Source: Octopus vulgaris
Lineage: Eukaryota
DNA length: 64,000 bases
Direction of reading: 5' to 3'
NCBI GenBank assembly: GCA_951406725.2
Contig: OX597823.1
Coordinates: 26,226,001-26,290,000 of the forward strand
A model generated the notes under the pieces. It was not told the DNA's origin. It made no database searches and saw nothing but the letters and a program-made list of their open reading frames with translations. Shown piece after piece: positions 11,780-25,454 of this stretch; positions within the stretch are counted from its first letter, which is position 1; each line of letters begins with the position of its first letter. Position numbers and translations under genes: made by a program.

Positions 11780-12780
11780 AGATAAAAATTGCTATGGATT
11801 AGTATTATAAGAGCTAAGAGGTAGGTTGGAAAAACTGGAATAAAAGGTGGGTAGCAGATAACTATACTGAGAAGCTAGATGTTAAGTGTATTTGGCAAAG
11901 GGAGATGCAGAAAGTAAGGAGTTAGTTCTGTGGTGTGAAGATTGGAAGAATGAAGTGTTTCAGATTGCAAGGAGAAAATTAAGAAGACACGAGAGTTGTG
12001 TGTATGAAATGAGAATGGTACTTTTGCACTTACTGGTATTTAAAAGAAAGAACCATGGAAGTGTTATTATGAAAAGTTGTTAAATGAAAAGACATGGGAG
12101 AAAGATGGTTTTCCTTGAGAGTACTTTTCTTGAGAAACCAGCCATTCAGGTTGACAGCAGTATGGTAGATTTATTAAGGATATGAAGGCAGGGAAAGCAC
12201 CTTGTCTATGAGGAATAGTTACTGAGTTGCTTAGAATATATGGAGTATGGCACAGCTTAGTCAGTCAGGTAATTCAGTTGATCGTGCTTGACAACATGAT
12301 CATCAACTATTACATGAGCAAAAGTAATGCATTTGAGAGAATCAATTATAGAGACATCAAACTGTTGAATTATGTTATGAAATTTACAGAAAGTGTAATA
12401 GCTTGATTGATTAGGGAATGAATTTATCTGGATGAGATGCAGTGTGGCTCTGTGCCAGGAAGAGTTACTACTGTAATAATTTTTCTTGTGAGACAACTAC
12501 AGGAAAAGTATTTAACCAGCAGTAAGCCACTATAATTAACATTTTGTCAATCTGAAGAAATCCTTTGACCAAGTTCCATGATCTATAATCTGGTGATCAA
12601 AATAACTGCACTGTTATGGACATATGGAGTACAATAGTTGGTAGTTAGTGCTCTAAGTGGATGGAATCTGGAAAAGAATGAAGACAGCTTTATAGATGTT
12701 GAGCCTCACAAGAGATGAAAGGGACTGAAGGTGACCTGCAGAGCTGGAGAACACCTATCTTCCTTAGCAAGTTTAGTGAA
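11780..12780 (+). mobile_element. Heavily decayed RTE reverse-transcriptase region
   Basis: Fragments VYLAKGDAE..EVFQIAR, GKAP, LIR..IYLDEMQ.GSVPGR.TT.IIF.VRQLQEKYL...KPL...FVNLKKSFDQVP are spread across frameshifts. Confidence 0.75.
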
Positions 12781-14233
12781 GGGAATGCTAAAATGAAGTT
12801 GGGATGGCAGCTGGGACGTCCTCTCACTTTCATAACTCACTCTTAGCTCTTTCACTCATTTTCCTCCCACTTATACTCCGATATTCCCTGTATCATGCTG
12901 CCTGTATGCAAGATAGCAGTGGACCTTTCCCTGTGCACCATCCTTACAGTAGCGGAAGCTCTTTAGTCTTGCAAAGTATAGCTAGTAGCATTATAATAAA
13001 ATGCACCTTGTACATTGTGTAAATTCGCTGGTGAATTAAGCAATGTAGGACTTAAAGGACTTATTTGTTTTGCTAAAGGGCATTGCAGCCTCTCTAGTAG
13101 CTGGTGTTACAAAAAAAAAAAAAACATGGTCAGTACAATCTGTAAAAGGATTGGTGTTAGGTAAAACATTAAGGCATAGAAATCATACCAAAAACTGAGA
13201 TTTGAGAGTGAGACATGGTCCTCTGACTCATCTAGAAGGGCAATAACTCCAAATAATAACTAACTTGGACCATAACAATCAGTCCAACCCATACCAGCAT
13301 GGAAAACAAATGTAAAAATGGTGGTGGTGGTGGTGGTGGTGGTGGTGGAAGATAAAATTATTAGCGATAGATTGAGCAGAATGAAAATGAGAGAAAATGG
13401 TAGCTTAGTTGAGAGTGTTTGTAAGAGATGGTAGAATACTAAGCTATGTGTGTGTGTGGGGGGGGGGGGGTCTGTCATTATTGCAGATTGGTCCAAGAAG
13501 GAAAGAAAAGCAGGTGGTGCAGATTTTAGCTGAAACTCAGAACTTTGGTACTTTAAAAAAAATAGTATGTATCACAGTCACTTGTCAGTAACACTATAAT
13601 GAGAATAATTAAAAAATCTGAGAATTTTATATGCCATAAAAAGTATGTAGCTTATAACGCATATGAAACCTTATTTATCTGTGAGGTGTTTTTGTAAGGA
13701 ATGTGCTCACACTTTGCCTAGAGCATGAAAGTAAAATGAGTTACCCTGCTTATCGGGTTTATGACATGAAATAAATCCTAAAGTTGTGATAAACTTTTTC
13801 TTTCTATGATAGCATAACAGCTTTTTTCAAGTTTACGAAAGTTTGCAATATGAAAATACCAAAAATAACTTATTTATGACTAATTATTGAATGAATGACT
13901 TGAGTAAATAACAAATCTAAATGGTTGATAGGGTGCCAGATAACTAGTCAGTGATTCATCTCCTATCACTGGTATTGTGTCTGCAACCAAGATACTGTAC
14001 TACCAAATAACTCAATCAGCTCTAAATAGGTACTGCATGGTAAGCAGCAACAAAATTGTAAAAGATGGAATCAAGTAGCATGAGAGAATGTTGAGCCTGA
14101 CATATGTTTCATTAGCTTACAGTGCTAAATTCATTTCTGCTTCTAGGTATAGCTTAGCAACAGATGTACTCCTTCAGGTCCCTAGATTCACTACTTCATA
14201 TATTATCTTTAGAGATTCTCCCATTACTTAAGG

Positions 14234-14432
14234 TAGTGATTTCCAACCTGTGTGCTATGAAGTTGTCAGGTCAGAATATTTTATTTCATTTCCCAATTAA
14301 AAGTAAGCATTCATTAGATTTGTTTTTACTGTACAATGAATGTCTAACTATAGGAGAAATATGTTTGTAGTGTTTTGTCTTATTTTTAGTAAAGCAAATA
14401 TGTTGCCACCTTTTAATGCTTGGAAAACACTG
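14234..14432. mobile_element. Degenerate hAT-type MITE
   Basis: Terminal inverted repeats are tagtgatttccaacc / gcttggaaaacactg. The TSD is not well preserved. Confidence 0.55.
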
Positions 14433-16274
14433 ACCTTAATGGCTTATAGGACTCCTCACCAGATAATGGCTGGACTTTGAATTGAAGATCTTTTGCTAGC
14501 ATTAAGTAGAATATGAGTGGTTTCAGGTCTCTTTACCCAAATTCACTGTAAATCTCAGAGTTCTAAAACTCTTGTTTAAGAGTTGAATATTCATGATAAT
14601 TATCATTGGAGAAAGTGTTGCACATTCTGCATTGTACTGTTGCTAAGGTTACTGTGTCAACAACGACTTCACTTTTCTCTGTCCTCAAACTATGCTGAAA
14701 TACTATTTTTAAAGCCAGGAAATGTTATCAGGTAAGGATGGGGGAGAATTAAAGGGTGTGGTTGTAGTTATAATGATAGTACTGTGTTTTTAAAGACTGG
14801 AAGATTTTTTTCAGCTCTTCTCCCTAATTTCTGAAGAGGGAGATTGTTATTTAAAAGATGGGGAAAAAAAAGATCCTATAACTCATTTGAGGAACTTGGC
14901 CTTTTTTTTTTCTGTTTCAATGCAGGTTCAAGAAATAGGTTGATATTTTTTAGGGTAGGGGTGGGGTGGAATTAAGGATGGAGATAAAGTGGTGGCAGTG
15001 GTAATGGCAGCAGGCAAGACCAGGTTTGAAATTAAAAATGAAAACAATGTTGGGTAGAGAGGGAGTACAGTTATATAATAAGTAGCAAACATAACCATGT
15101 GGCAGGGACTGAAAGAATTTATTGGCATCATCTCAAAACAAGAAAAGAAAATTTTGATGGTTTGGTTTTGAAACTAGTCAAGATCTAAATAAAATAGACC
15201 AACTGTCATAGTGCCCCATCTAGTTCATAAGTGTATGAAAGATGAACATGAAGGCTATGATGATGATGATGATGATGATGACTATGTGGCATTTGAAATT
15301 GAGGATAGTTCTTACAAATTAACGAGTAATCGTAAATGACATTTGTGTAGTTTGGTTGCAAAGATTGTGTGTGTGCCTGTGTCTGGAAGAGGAGAGGTAG
15401 GAGAGAATATAACAGATATGCTATTGTATCTTTACCATTCAATGCCTGTAAGTTGAGGAGGCCGTTGGATGCCACAACTTGTTTGGAAACTTTATTACCT
15501 CTTCCTTCCCCTTGGTTAAATATTTTTTTGATGTATTTTTATCATATTTTAGCCTAGTGCTATCATTCACCCTTTCAACTAATATCTGTTTACATGAACT
15601 TCAATATCTTCCAAGATGTTCTGTTGTTTTGACTAATTCTTCATTGTGGCCAACTTGCCTGATATTTCATTATTTCTTCATTTCTTTGATGGTTATTGCT
15701 ACTTTTGCTGAATAATATATATTCCATCTAATCTTGCAATTTTCCAGAACAAAAAATGTTTTTGTTATTTTATGTGTGTATGTGCATGTGTGTGAGAGTG
15801 TGCATGTGTGTGAGAGTGTGCATGTATAATGTATAATGTGTGAGTGTGATTTTAAAAATTAATCTTTATTTTCATGCAACTTTTTATCTGTTTGGAATAG
15901 TACCAGTTAATATGAAGAATTCATGTATATCTTCTTTATACGTTACCATTTACTACTGTCTGTTTTATATTTTCTGGCAAAACTAGCTTTGTTAGTGAAC
16001 CAGCAACTTCCTTGTGGAACATTTTTTTCCTGTCCATATTTTCCGTCTAACCACCAGTTTACAAGTCAAATGTAGTAATAATTATGAGGCACAGTGCTTT
16101 CAAGGATCATTTCTTGGATTACTGATCACAGGTGTTTTTACTTCTGTAGCCATTGTGTTGTGTCTGTCAGCAAAGCTCTTAATTCTGTTTGCACCAGCTA
16201 ACCCGAATAAGCTCTTTCCTTCTTCACAGTTGACTGGTAACTGTAACAAGTAAACTCATGCAAAAAATATTAAG

Positions 16275-16645
16275 TGGCTATGTGGTTAAGAAGTTTGCTT
16301 TCCATTCACATGGTTTAGTCCCACTGTTTGGCGCCTTAGGCAAGTGTCTTCTGTTATGGTCTTTCCTGACCAAAACCTTATGAGTAGACTTGATACATGG
16401 AAACTGAAAGAAGCCCCATTGTATATATGTGTGTATGTTTGTGTCTCCTTGTCTTGGCATTGCATGATTGCTGTAAATGGGTCATTCATTTCCAGTATTT
16501 TGTGAAACCATTGAAAAATATTACCTGGCTTGGAAAAAATTGTGGGTTAGCAAGAAGGAGGGCATTTAGCCATAGAAAATCTACCTCAGTAAACTCTAAC
16601 TCCTGCAAGCATAGACAAGTGGATGTTAAAACAATGATGATGATA
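16275..16645 (+). mobile_element. SINE family A' (head + CORE-like + RTE-type tail)
   Basis: gtggctatgtggttaagaagtttgc...ccttaggcaagtgtcttctg...ggatgttaaaacaatgatgatgat. Confidence 0.75.
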
Positions 16646-16652
16646 TATGTAT

Positions 16653-16800
16653 GAAGGCACGTAGCCTAGTGGTTAGAGTGTTGGGCTTATGACCATAAGT
16701 TTGTAGATTTGATTCCTGAACTGATGCTGCAAATTGTCCTTGTAAGGGTCTTTATTTCACATTGCTCCAGTCTGATCAACTGAAAATGTGTAGCAGCCTA
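16653..16800 (+). mobile_element. SINE family E head
   Basis: gaaggcacgtagcctagtggttagagtgttgggcttatgacc...gattcctg...tttcacattgctccagtc matches the reverse complement of 61165-61405. Confidence 0.65.
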
Positions 16801-17499
16801 ATACTGGTGCAGCTACCCCTCCTTCCAGCTGTCTTATCCTGGATATTCCCCTAGATTAAGTATGATAGTGCTGAGCAAGCATCTATATCTGCTTGCAACT
16901 ACAGAGGCACCTACAACTAATGAAAGCATGGTACCAGTTATTATATCACAACTTGTTTGCAAGTGATAGCTAATCTATGGATAGATATTATGTATGGCTG
17001 TGATTAAGATGTTTGTTTTATAACCTTATGGTTCATGTTCAATTTCAATGTGTATTACCTGATGTGTCTTCTATTGTGGTCTCAAGTGATGAATATTTAT
17101 ACAAGTGGAATTTGGACAAAAACTGTCGAAGGCTGTTCTACATGTTCCCTTTGTGTCTTGTGAGCAAGCTGTGGGGCAAATTGAGTTGGATAAAATAAGT
17201 ACTGGGATGATAATAATTAACTAAACACTTGGAGGCAGCTGCCCAGTATACCTGCATGTCAGTGAATGAAACCATTAAAAAAAAGAGAGAGACAGAGAGG
17301 TTGTAGTCTGAGGTATTGAAAGAAGGAACTGACAGTAAATGTAATGACCATGCACTTTTCAGTTACTCTTTCTATAATATTGAGTTCACTTATTTTTGGT
17401 GCTATGTATGCACAATATGCAAAGTCTATTCATGTATAATGTGTGTGTGATTAATTTGGTTAAACTTATTAGTTAAGAGAAGAAATTGATATATCAGCT

Positions 17500-17987
17500 C
17501 ATGCTACTTGGAAAATGTTGTTTCAGCTGTTTAAATTTTCAAACCTTTTGGACTAAATTCATATCTACTCAACAGTACCCGAATTGTTCAAAGAAGGCAA
17601 TGCAAATCTGGCTTCCATTTGGTTCAGCATTTTTGTGTGAAACAGGCTTTTCTGCTTTAGCAAGTATAAAATGAAATACAGAAGTTGTCTACAGGCAGCA
17701 GATGACATGCCTTGCCTTGACAAGCATTTACTCTAGAATCGATGAGCTTTGTCAATAAACATAACATTATTGTAGGTTATATTTCTATGTGCATTTTACT
17801 TTCACTTAGTCTACATGTACAGTACTTCCAACTTTTTAAACTTGTCTAACACTGTGGTGAAGAAAGAATTATAAGGATGCTAGTTGTATTTTGCCTTTTT
17901 CATTAAAAAGGTAGTAGTGGTGGTAGTTGGCATTAATTCTTGTGCGTATGTGTCTGGCTGTGGTATTTGTCAGTTCGGGAACCACTG
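17500..17987 (+). mobile_element. hAT (Charlie/Buster-like) transposon 3' remnant
   Basis: FWTKF...YPNCSKKAMQIWLPFGSAFLCETGFSALASIK*KYR matches the hAT C-terminal dimerisation motif (LLPF.STYLCE.GFS). The element ends in the TIR-like gttcgggaaccactg at 17987. Confidence 0.8.
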
Positions 17988-19404
17988 AATTAAAAATAAC
18001 CAAAGAAAAACATCAAGAGTCTGAGCAAAACTAGTGTCAGTCTGTGTCAACAGAAATAGTTAATATAATTTGTAAGATTGTGTGCCTTGAGAATACTTAC
18101 AAAAGCTAATTCTGAGCTTCAAAGAAGAGCCTTCCTTGACACATTGGAATTCAACTCTGCTCACAGCACACAAACTTATCCTGTTTTATAAATTGCATCC
18201 AAATATCTGTTGAGGTATTAGGTCAGCTTTTCATCGTTAAATTTAGATAATTTGAAGAGTGTGTGTGTGTTAATCAAGGTAATATTGGAGACTTGATGTA
18301 TGTGAGATTAATGCATTTAACTACTGAGTGGTGTCATTGAGTAGAACACCATTTACTTCACTTTACATGGCTGATAAAAGAAGTTCTTCCCTCATATTTG
18401 TTGTTGTTTAGCCCCAGGTCTAGCAGACTTATGATCAAAGATATTTTTATTGTGACCATCCTGTCTATTTGTATATCAAGGACTACATTGTCCAATGTGA
18501 CCTTATTTTTACTAAAGCGTGCAATTTGAAGGAGATTTGGTTACCATTTCTTGTACATTGAACTCCTTCACTGGCTTGTCTTGATTTTTTTTGTTCACAT
18601 ATGTCGTATTTACATAGCCTAAAAATATTTTTTCAGACTCAGTGTATCTTGGATTATAGATCCAATGTACCCTTCTTTATTTTATGTGACAAGTTGTGAT
18701 TTGAAGGAATTTTAGCTCCTGTTTCTAACAAGACAAGCAGTTGTATAGAGGCACCCTCATTGGTTAGCTTCATGGTTGAGTGGGTTCTTTTTTTCATTGC
18801 TCTTCCACTTTAACCCACAAACCTTACATTGCTCAAACTAGGATAGAAAAGTAGGTGCAAGACATTAAGTAATTGTTTCTGACATTGGTATAAGGCCATA
18901 GATTTAAGAAGTGGTTAATCAATAATATTGATTCCAATATTTTGACTATTAGTTTATCAGCCCTTGAGAGATGAAAGACAAAATTGACCTCGAGATTTGA
19001 AATCGGATATAAAAAGCCAGAACAAACACAGCAGGACAGTTCAGTGCTCCAACAATTCTACCATTTCCTTGATTCTATCACCATATAAACAACAATGACA
19101 ATGAAAATGAAGATAAACAGCCACAATAGTGATGCTAGCTTGCTAGTATTTATATATATAACTGAAAATACAGATCTTCTCACCACTTTCTCTCATATGT
19201 ACAATGTAGGTATATATTAAACTCGACTGCTGAAATCTACAAGTTTTGTTCATTCTCTCTCTCTTTATTTTCTCTTATTCCTTTCTGTTAAAGAGTGTGG
19301 GCCCAAAATGTAAAAGATTTTTTCATCTTCCTGAGCATCAAGTTAATACACTTGCTTGTTGTTCACACATTTGTCTTCGTCTTTAGTTTTTCTCTAAATT
19401 TCAA

Positions 19405-19449
<45 letters not shown>

Positions 19450-19454
<5 letters not shown>

Positions 19455-20190
19455 GTGTCCTAAAAGGCACTGATGTGTTTCAGTTTTTAATAACTTCATT
19501 AACTTTACAAATAAATGCATGAAATTTTGATACAATATAAAGGACATAATGGAAATTAATATGCACAAGTCAAACTTTGCAACACCACTACATCACATAT
19601 GAAAAATGACAGCCATTTTCGGCTTCACATGCTTGTGCTCTTTCCAAAACTTGCATCATAACACCCTCAAGAGTTTCAGACCTCACTTCTCTGATTTTTC
19701 TATTGATGTTCTCCTTCAGTTGTGCCAGGGTCTCCGGTTTGTTGACGTAAACCCTCTATTTCAAGTATCCCCACAAAAAATCCCGGCATTGTTGACGCAG
19801 GAGATTATTCTCTCTCCAAAGCACTGCTGTAGCAACAGCATTGTTTCTCTTGCAGTATGAGCAGTTACTCCATATTGCTGGAACCATGTGTGAGGTCTAC
19901 TTTGAATGGTCTTCACGTTAGCCCAGATTTTTTATTGTGAGGATACCTGAAAGAGAGGGTTTACGTCAACAAACCAGAGACCCTTGCACAACTGAAGGAG
20001 AACATCAATAGAGAAATCAGAAGTAGGGTTTGAAACTCTTGAGGGTGTGATTGTGCAAGTTTTGGAAAGAGCACAGGCGTGAGAAGCCGAAAGTAGTTGC
20101 CATTTAAGTGATGCAGTGGTGTTGCAAAATTTGACTTGTGCATATATCAATTTCCATTATGTCCTTTGTATTGTATCAATTTCATGCAAT
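19450..20190. mobile_element. Tc1/mariner (DD37D/maT-like) derived foldback element with ~270-bp inverted arms
   Basis: Arms 19515-19787 and 19921-20189 are reverse complements. They encode GYLKERVYVNKPETLAQLKENI, and the spacer on the minus strand encodes WFQQYGVTAHTARETMLLLQQCFGERIIS. The element starts cagtgtcc after (TA)n. Confidence 0.85.
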
Positions 20191-20193
20191 TAT

Positions 20194-20230
<37 letters not shown>

Positions 20231-21303
20231 TGTAAGCTTCACAGACAAGAGGGCACCTGTTGGGGAGGAAAATGAGAAACTTCTGAAATTAGTTTGTAGT
20301 CCAATCCTTGGTCTATGCACACACAATGTATATTATCATAATGTGACTAGCAGAAAAGTGTCTCATGGCAATGTTTCTACTGGTAATAATAATAATTAAA
20401 ATTTTGAAAATCAAATGCTTGTAAATCCATACAAAGTACTTTGATCAGAATTTGATTCTGAAGTATTGGGATTAGCTATGAAAAGATTTTACTATTTGTA
20501 CACTTCCTCTCTCTCTCTCTCTCTCTCTCTGTATCTCTTTCTCTTCCCCTCTCTTATTGTGTGTGTGTGTCAGATAGGGAGAATAAGAGGGAGATTTCTT
20601 GTGCTCATACAAAATGACTGAATCCATAAAAAAAAATGTGGGTATTGTCAATGATTGTTCTCTAACTGCTCTTCCTAACACACTAACCTACCCCTCAGTT
20701 GAGTTGGTAGCTATATTGTTTACACCTAGATTGACTGATACAGCGTAAAGTAAGTTAGCTAGGGGCACAGAGCGATGGTGATGAAGTTTGATCATTTAAT
20801 TGGTCTCGTTAACTAATAATTATCTCTTATCAGAAGATTCTATTAAATGTTATGTTTTAGAAAATATAGATTTTCAAAAGATAGTAAGATAATTGTAATT
20901 ATAACCATTGATTTTTTCTCCCTTTTAGTCTTTAGGTAATTTCATCTATCTAATAACGTACATGCTTAAGCAATGCCTTACTTATTATCTCTCCTTCTTT
21001 CCCTCCCTTCTCTTCCTCTGTGTGTGTGTGTGTATGTGTGTACTCACGTGCGCAAGCATATGTATCAATATCAAGATTTCAAGTCATTAGAACATTGGGT
21101 AGCTTCCTATGCCGTATTCATTTTGGCTTCTTACATCCTGAGTTTAAATCCCACTGGAACCAACTTACTTTATCTTTCATTCTTTTGGGATCAATAAAGT
21201 ACTAGTTCAGTACTAGGGTTGGTTCTTCTCTCTTTCACACATACCCACGCACACACACACACACACACACTTTCTGTCCAACATGTAGAATGATAAAATA
21301 GAT

Positions 21304-21488
21304 CAGTGCTCTGCAAACTTTTTTCACTTGCGATACACTTAAATTCTTTTCATAATTTGGCAGCACACCTGAACTAAAAATATAATTATAGTATAGGGGA
21401 AAAAATTATATTCAGGGTACACTGCAGCACACCTAGCATTGTCTTGTTGCACACTAGTATGCCATGGCATACCAGTTGCAGAGGACTG
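21304..21488. mobile_element. hAT-type MITE
   Basis: TIRs are cagtgctctgcaa / ttgcagaggactg. The 8-bp TSD-like flanks are aaatagat / gaatagac. Confidence 0.75.
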
Positions 21489-21969
21489 GAATAGACCAAT
21501 AAAAAGACAGATATAGTTTATCTCACAAAACCCAAAATCAAAACTCTCTGAAATTTGTTCCAACTATTTAACTATTTATTACCTGGACACTTCATTGTTA
21601 TTACTTATCTCTTTGGAGATACCACCGATTCATTATCCTAAATGTGAGTAGCCATGTAGCCCCTCTACAAGAACCAGCTGTACCCCAACCTCTTCTCATC
21701 CCTTAACCCCATCTAACATAAGGAGACTGCTCTCCTTGGGTTTTGTAAATGTGAAAGCTGCTGGTGTCCTGACAAAAGCACTCGACACACACTTATAAAG
21801 TGGTTGGTATATTAGGAAGGGCATCCAGCCATAGAAGAAACCGTGTCAAAGCAGGTTTCTATATATGTATTTGTATACATATATAGAGAAGGAGAGAGAG
21901 ATATGTATGTATTTATTTATTTATCTATCTATCTATCTATCATATATATATATATATATATATATAATA

Positions 21970-22347
21970 GTCGCAGGGTGTGGCTGTGTGGTAAGAAGTT
22001 TGCTTGCTTCCCAACCACATAGTTCTGAATCCAGTTCCACTGTATGACCCCTTGGGCAAGTGTCTTCTACTATAGCCTCAGGCTGACCAAAGCCTTGTGA
22101 GTGGATTTGGTAGATAAAAACTGGAAGAAGCCTGTCATATATATATGTACATGTTTGTGTGTCTGTGTTTGTTCCCCCAGCATCACTTGACAACCACTCT
22201 TGGTATGTTTACATCCCTGTAACTTAGCAGTTTGGCAGAAAGAGACCAATAGAATAAGTCCCTTGGGTTGATTTGTTCGACTAAAAAGGGCAATGCTCCA
22301 GCATGGCTGCAGTCAATTGACTGAAACAAGTAAAAGAATAAAAGAAT
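21970..22347 (+). mobile_element. Full-length SINE family A
   Basis: tRNA-like head gtggctgtgtggtaagaagtttgc, CORE-like ccttgggcaagtgtcttc, and tail gaaacaagtaaaagaataaaagaat. Confidence 0.9.
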
Positions 22348-22441
22348 ATAAATGTATATATACCTATATTTGTGTGTGTGTGTCGTTAGTAGAAATAGAT
22401 TAATCTAGGGGAGAAGCACACTCTAAGATGTAGAGCAGTTA

Positions 22442-22630
22442 ATATTATAAAGGGAGCTGGTTTATGGGGTCACCCTGGGTTTCTCACTCATAACATAAGG
22501 AGTTTAAGCCTTACAGCACGAAGAGGTCTTAGGCCAGCAGTGTTTGGGGTCTGAAGATATACTGTAAGGCTAAACCCCTTATGAGTGAGAAACCCAGGGT
22601 AACCCCATAAACCAGCCCCCTTTATAATAT
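22442..22630. mobile_element. MITE / near-perfect ~70-bp inverted repeat
   Basis: 22442-22516 (atattataaagggagctggtttatggggtcaccctgggtttctcactcataa..gccttacag) is the reverse complement of 22562-22630, with a 45-nt spacer. Confidence 0.85.
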
Positions 22631-22759
22631 ACCGTATATATAAATATCACATACACACACATACATTAGGTGGATATTTTCAATCAAGATGGTACCACTG
22701 GATCTGATTCTTCAAGTGCTTCAGTACTGTGTATGTACATATATTTGATTGCTGATATT

Positions 22760-23540
22760 TAGCAATGGTTTCTCCCATTGTGTTGATGTACCACTTTCTA
22801 TCATTAATAAAACTGCCAGCATTTTTGATAACACGGGTATACTAGTCCTATATAATAATAGCTGAGTATTAGAGGCATTAACCAAAGAATACAAAAGTAA
22901 CCACACTAGTATGGACATGCAATAAAGAATGAATGACAAGTGTTGTGCTGATTGTAGAAAATAGCCATGGTGATCGGCGGCCAACAGATGTCACGGAATT
23001 GTGATGGCTTTACTATTCTGTATAGACCTTCATAAGCCATTCTAGTATAGGAAAATGTTGGTGATGATGGTATGTTTATTACAGCCGTAAATTGTCATCT
23101 CTTATGTGAGTGAAGCATCTTGTGACTAAGAATATTCCAGGTCTCTTAATCTTTCTCTGTCAAGAGTAGAATTTCACTGACAGCATATATCAATGTTTTT
23201 TCACTTAATATTCATTGTCAATTCACAGCACATGTCCACACCAGTGCAATTACCTCTCCTGCCTATATCAGTATCTTCAATACTAGTCTCTCCCTCTCTC
23301 TCTCTCTCTCTCATCTCACATGTACTCCACTTCTCATGTACTTTAACATTCCACATCCAATAGTCTGTACGTCCCGTTTATCCCCATAAACATTCTCAAG
23401 TCTTACTATGATACTTAATACACCTACCTTTTATGTGGAAAACCTTTTTGTTGGCATTTGAAATTCCCTGAATTTCCTCAATCTAGCAACCCGACCTTCA
23501 TTACAGCCACCTCTACTACTAATTACACCTCTCTCCTAGA
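22760..23540. mobile_element. Two very old RTE-like fragments (+ 22760-23070, - 23220-23540)
   Basis: The plus piece has residual VLEALTKEY and YGH motifs with a (gat)n-like tail. The minus piece has KFREF..KGR..YG. Both are strongly eroded. Confidence 0.45.
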
Positions 23541-24447
23541 TAATGAATAGGAAATAAACTGACTGAAGTGTGTAAATATATGCATAAAGATAGAGGTAAT
23601 AGCCCAGAACATTCATAACTACTCTATTGATATATCTCCTTGCAATATTTCATTAATATTTCTTTTTTTTCTGATTTTTAAAAATATTTCTAAACCTAAA
23701 CCATTAATCATATCAGCATAAGTGACATATTGATCCCTTATTTATGTGTTTGTAATGTTATTGGGTTGACCCTGTTAGCTCTACTCTTCAACTTAGGTAA
23801 CAGAAATTTCCTATCAAATACTTGCAGTGAGTCATTTGACTTGCTGTACCCTAGATGTGCCATGTTTCAGTTTCATGGGTTAAGTGATGAGATGAATGGT
23901 AAGTGTTTCCCTGAGTCTGTTGGTGTTCTGCCATCCAGTCTGACCATCTGGTGGTGACTGTGGTAAAAGTTAGTTGGACTCTTTGATGTGGTGAGCCAGC
24001 ACAAACATTTTGCTTGGGAAGGGGCTGCACATTGAGCTTCACTTTGTCTCAATACATTGCCATTTAGGTCTCGGTAAATTCCTTGAATATATTTTTATAT
24101 TTTTATTTTTTATGACATTGCCAAAATTCTCTGTAAGCAGCATAGAATAACAAGAACAGTCTCAGAAAACCAAGCCTGTGACCCACTTACAAGTTTTGGT
24201 TCTTTCAGTTTCATGTATATTGCTAATGTTCTTGGGGAGATAACAAAAATTTTTTAAAACTTGAACATTGCAACATTCCATTTTTCCTCTCGTGTAAATT
24301 TGTAACATTGCTTTTCAAATGTAAAAGAAATTGCAATGTTGCCCTTAATGAAATAATTAGTTTGTTTATTTTATATCTAACCTTTACCTGAAAATTACTA
24401 TACCTTTAATATACTGACATCGTGTTTGTAGTTGTTGGTGTCATAGT

Positions 24448-24770
24448 CAGAGCCGTGTGGTTGAGTGGTTTGTTCCTAAATCACATGGTTTTTGGTTCAG
24501 TTCCACTGCGGGGCAGCTTGGAATGGACTTGACTACTACAGCCTTGGGCGTGGACTTGATTCGTCAGAAACTGAAAGGAGCTTTTTGTGCACATGTGAGT
24601 GTGTGTTTCAGTCACCTTGTCTTTATCAGATGGTGATTGTAAGTGAATGTCCCCATCATACAAGCAGTTTCATTTGTTTACAGTCTTCTGTGAATTGTGT
24701 CCAGCTAGGTGGCAGGATGGACAAATTCTGTTTGACCCATGCAACTGGTAGACAAACATTTACTTTTTAA
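24448..24770 (+). mobile_element. Diverged SINE family A'
   Basis: gccgtgtggttgagtggtttgttcctaaatcacatggtttttggttcagttccactgcg...gaaactgaaaggagc...gacccatgcaac. Confidence 0.65.
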
Positions 24771-25454
24771 GCCTTACTCTGGATGCAGATATGGCTGAGT
24801 AGTTTAAAAAGTTTGCGGCTGTGTGACTTAGGGTTCATTTTTCTACCTTAAGCAAGCATTCATTACTAATGATTGAAGTTGACTAAAGCCTAGTGAATGA
24901 ATTTTGGCTGACAGAAATTGTATGCAAGGGTGTTGGAGACACCTGTTCTTGGATTTAATTCATCACTTAATTTAACACTGTTATATGACCCTTGGATTTC
25001 TACTCTTGCAAGCAGTCAGACCAAGTCACCAACCTATAGTTGACTTCTTCCCTTCCTCCCACTAGTTTGGGTTGCTCTGAGAAAGGTCATGGGCACCACT
25101 CTTCCTACTGTGACCAAGCCATTAATTTCTGATTCAGCAAAGTTTGTACTATACTTAAATTGGGAGGGTCAGCAAGATTCACTCTTGCCCAAGTAATATA
25201 TATCATTTCGTTTATGTCATTTTTTCCCTGTTGGTGTGAATCGGAAGGAACTTGTTGAGATAATATTCCACAGTAGGATGTCCTTCCTGGCACCAACCCT
25301 AGTTTTATATGTATAGTACTTAGTGCTTAACATGAACTACTAGTTGCCAGACTTTAGTGTATGCGGGGTATAAACATTGTCACCACTATCCCTGCAAAGA
25401 CATAGATACAAACGCTTGCGCGCACATACACACACACACACAAATCTTGATTTT

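Noticed and set aside
21970-22050. tRNA genes
   Set aside because: The tRNA-like A/B boxes are SINE heads. No complete cloverleaf was found by eye.
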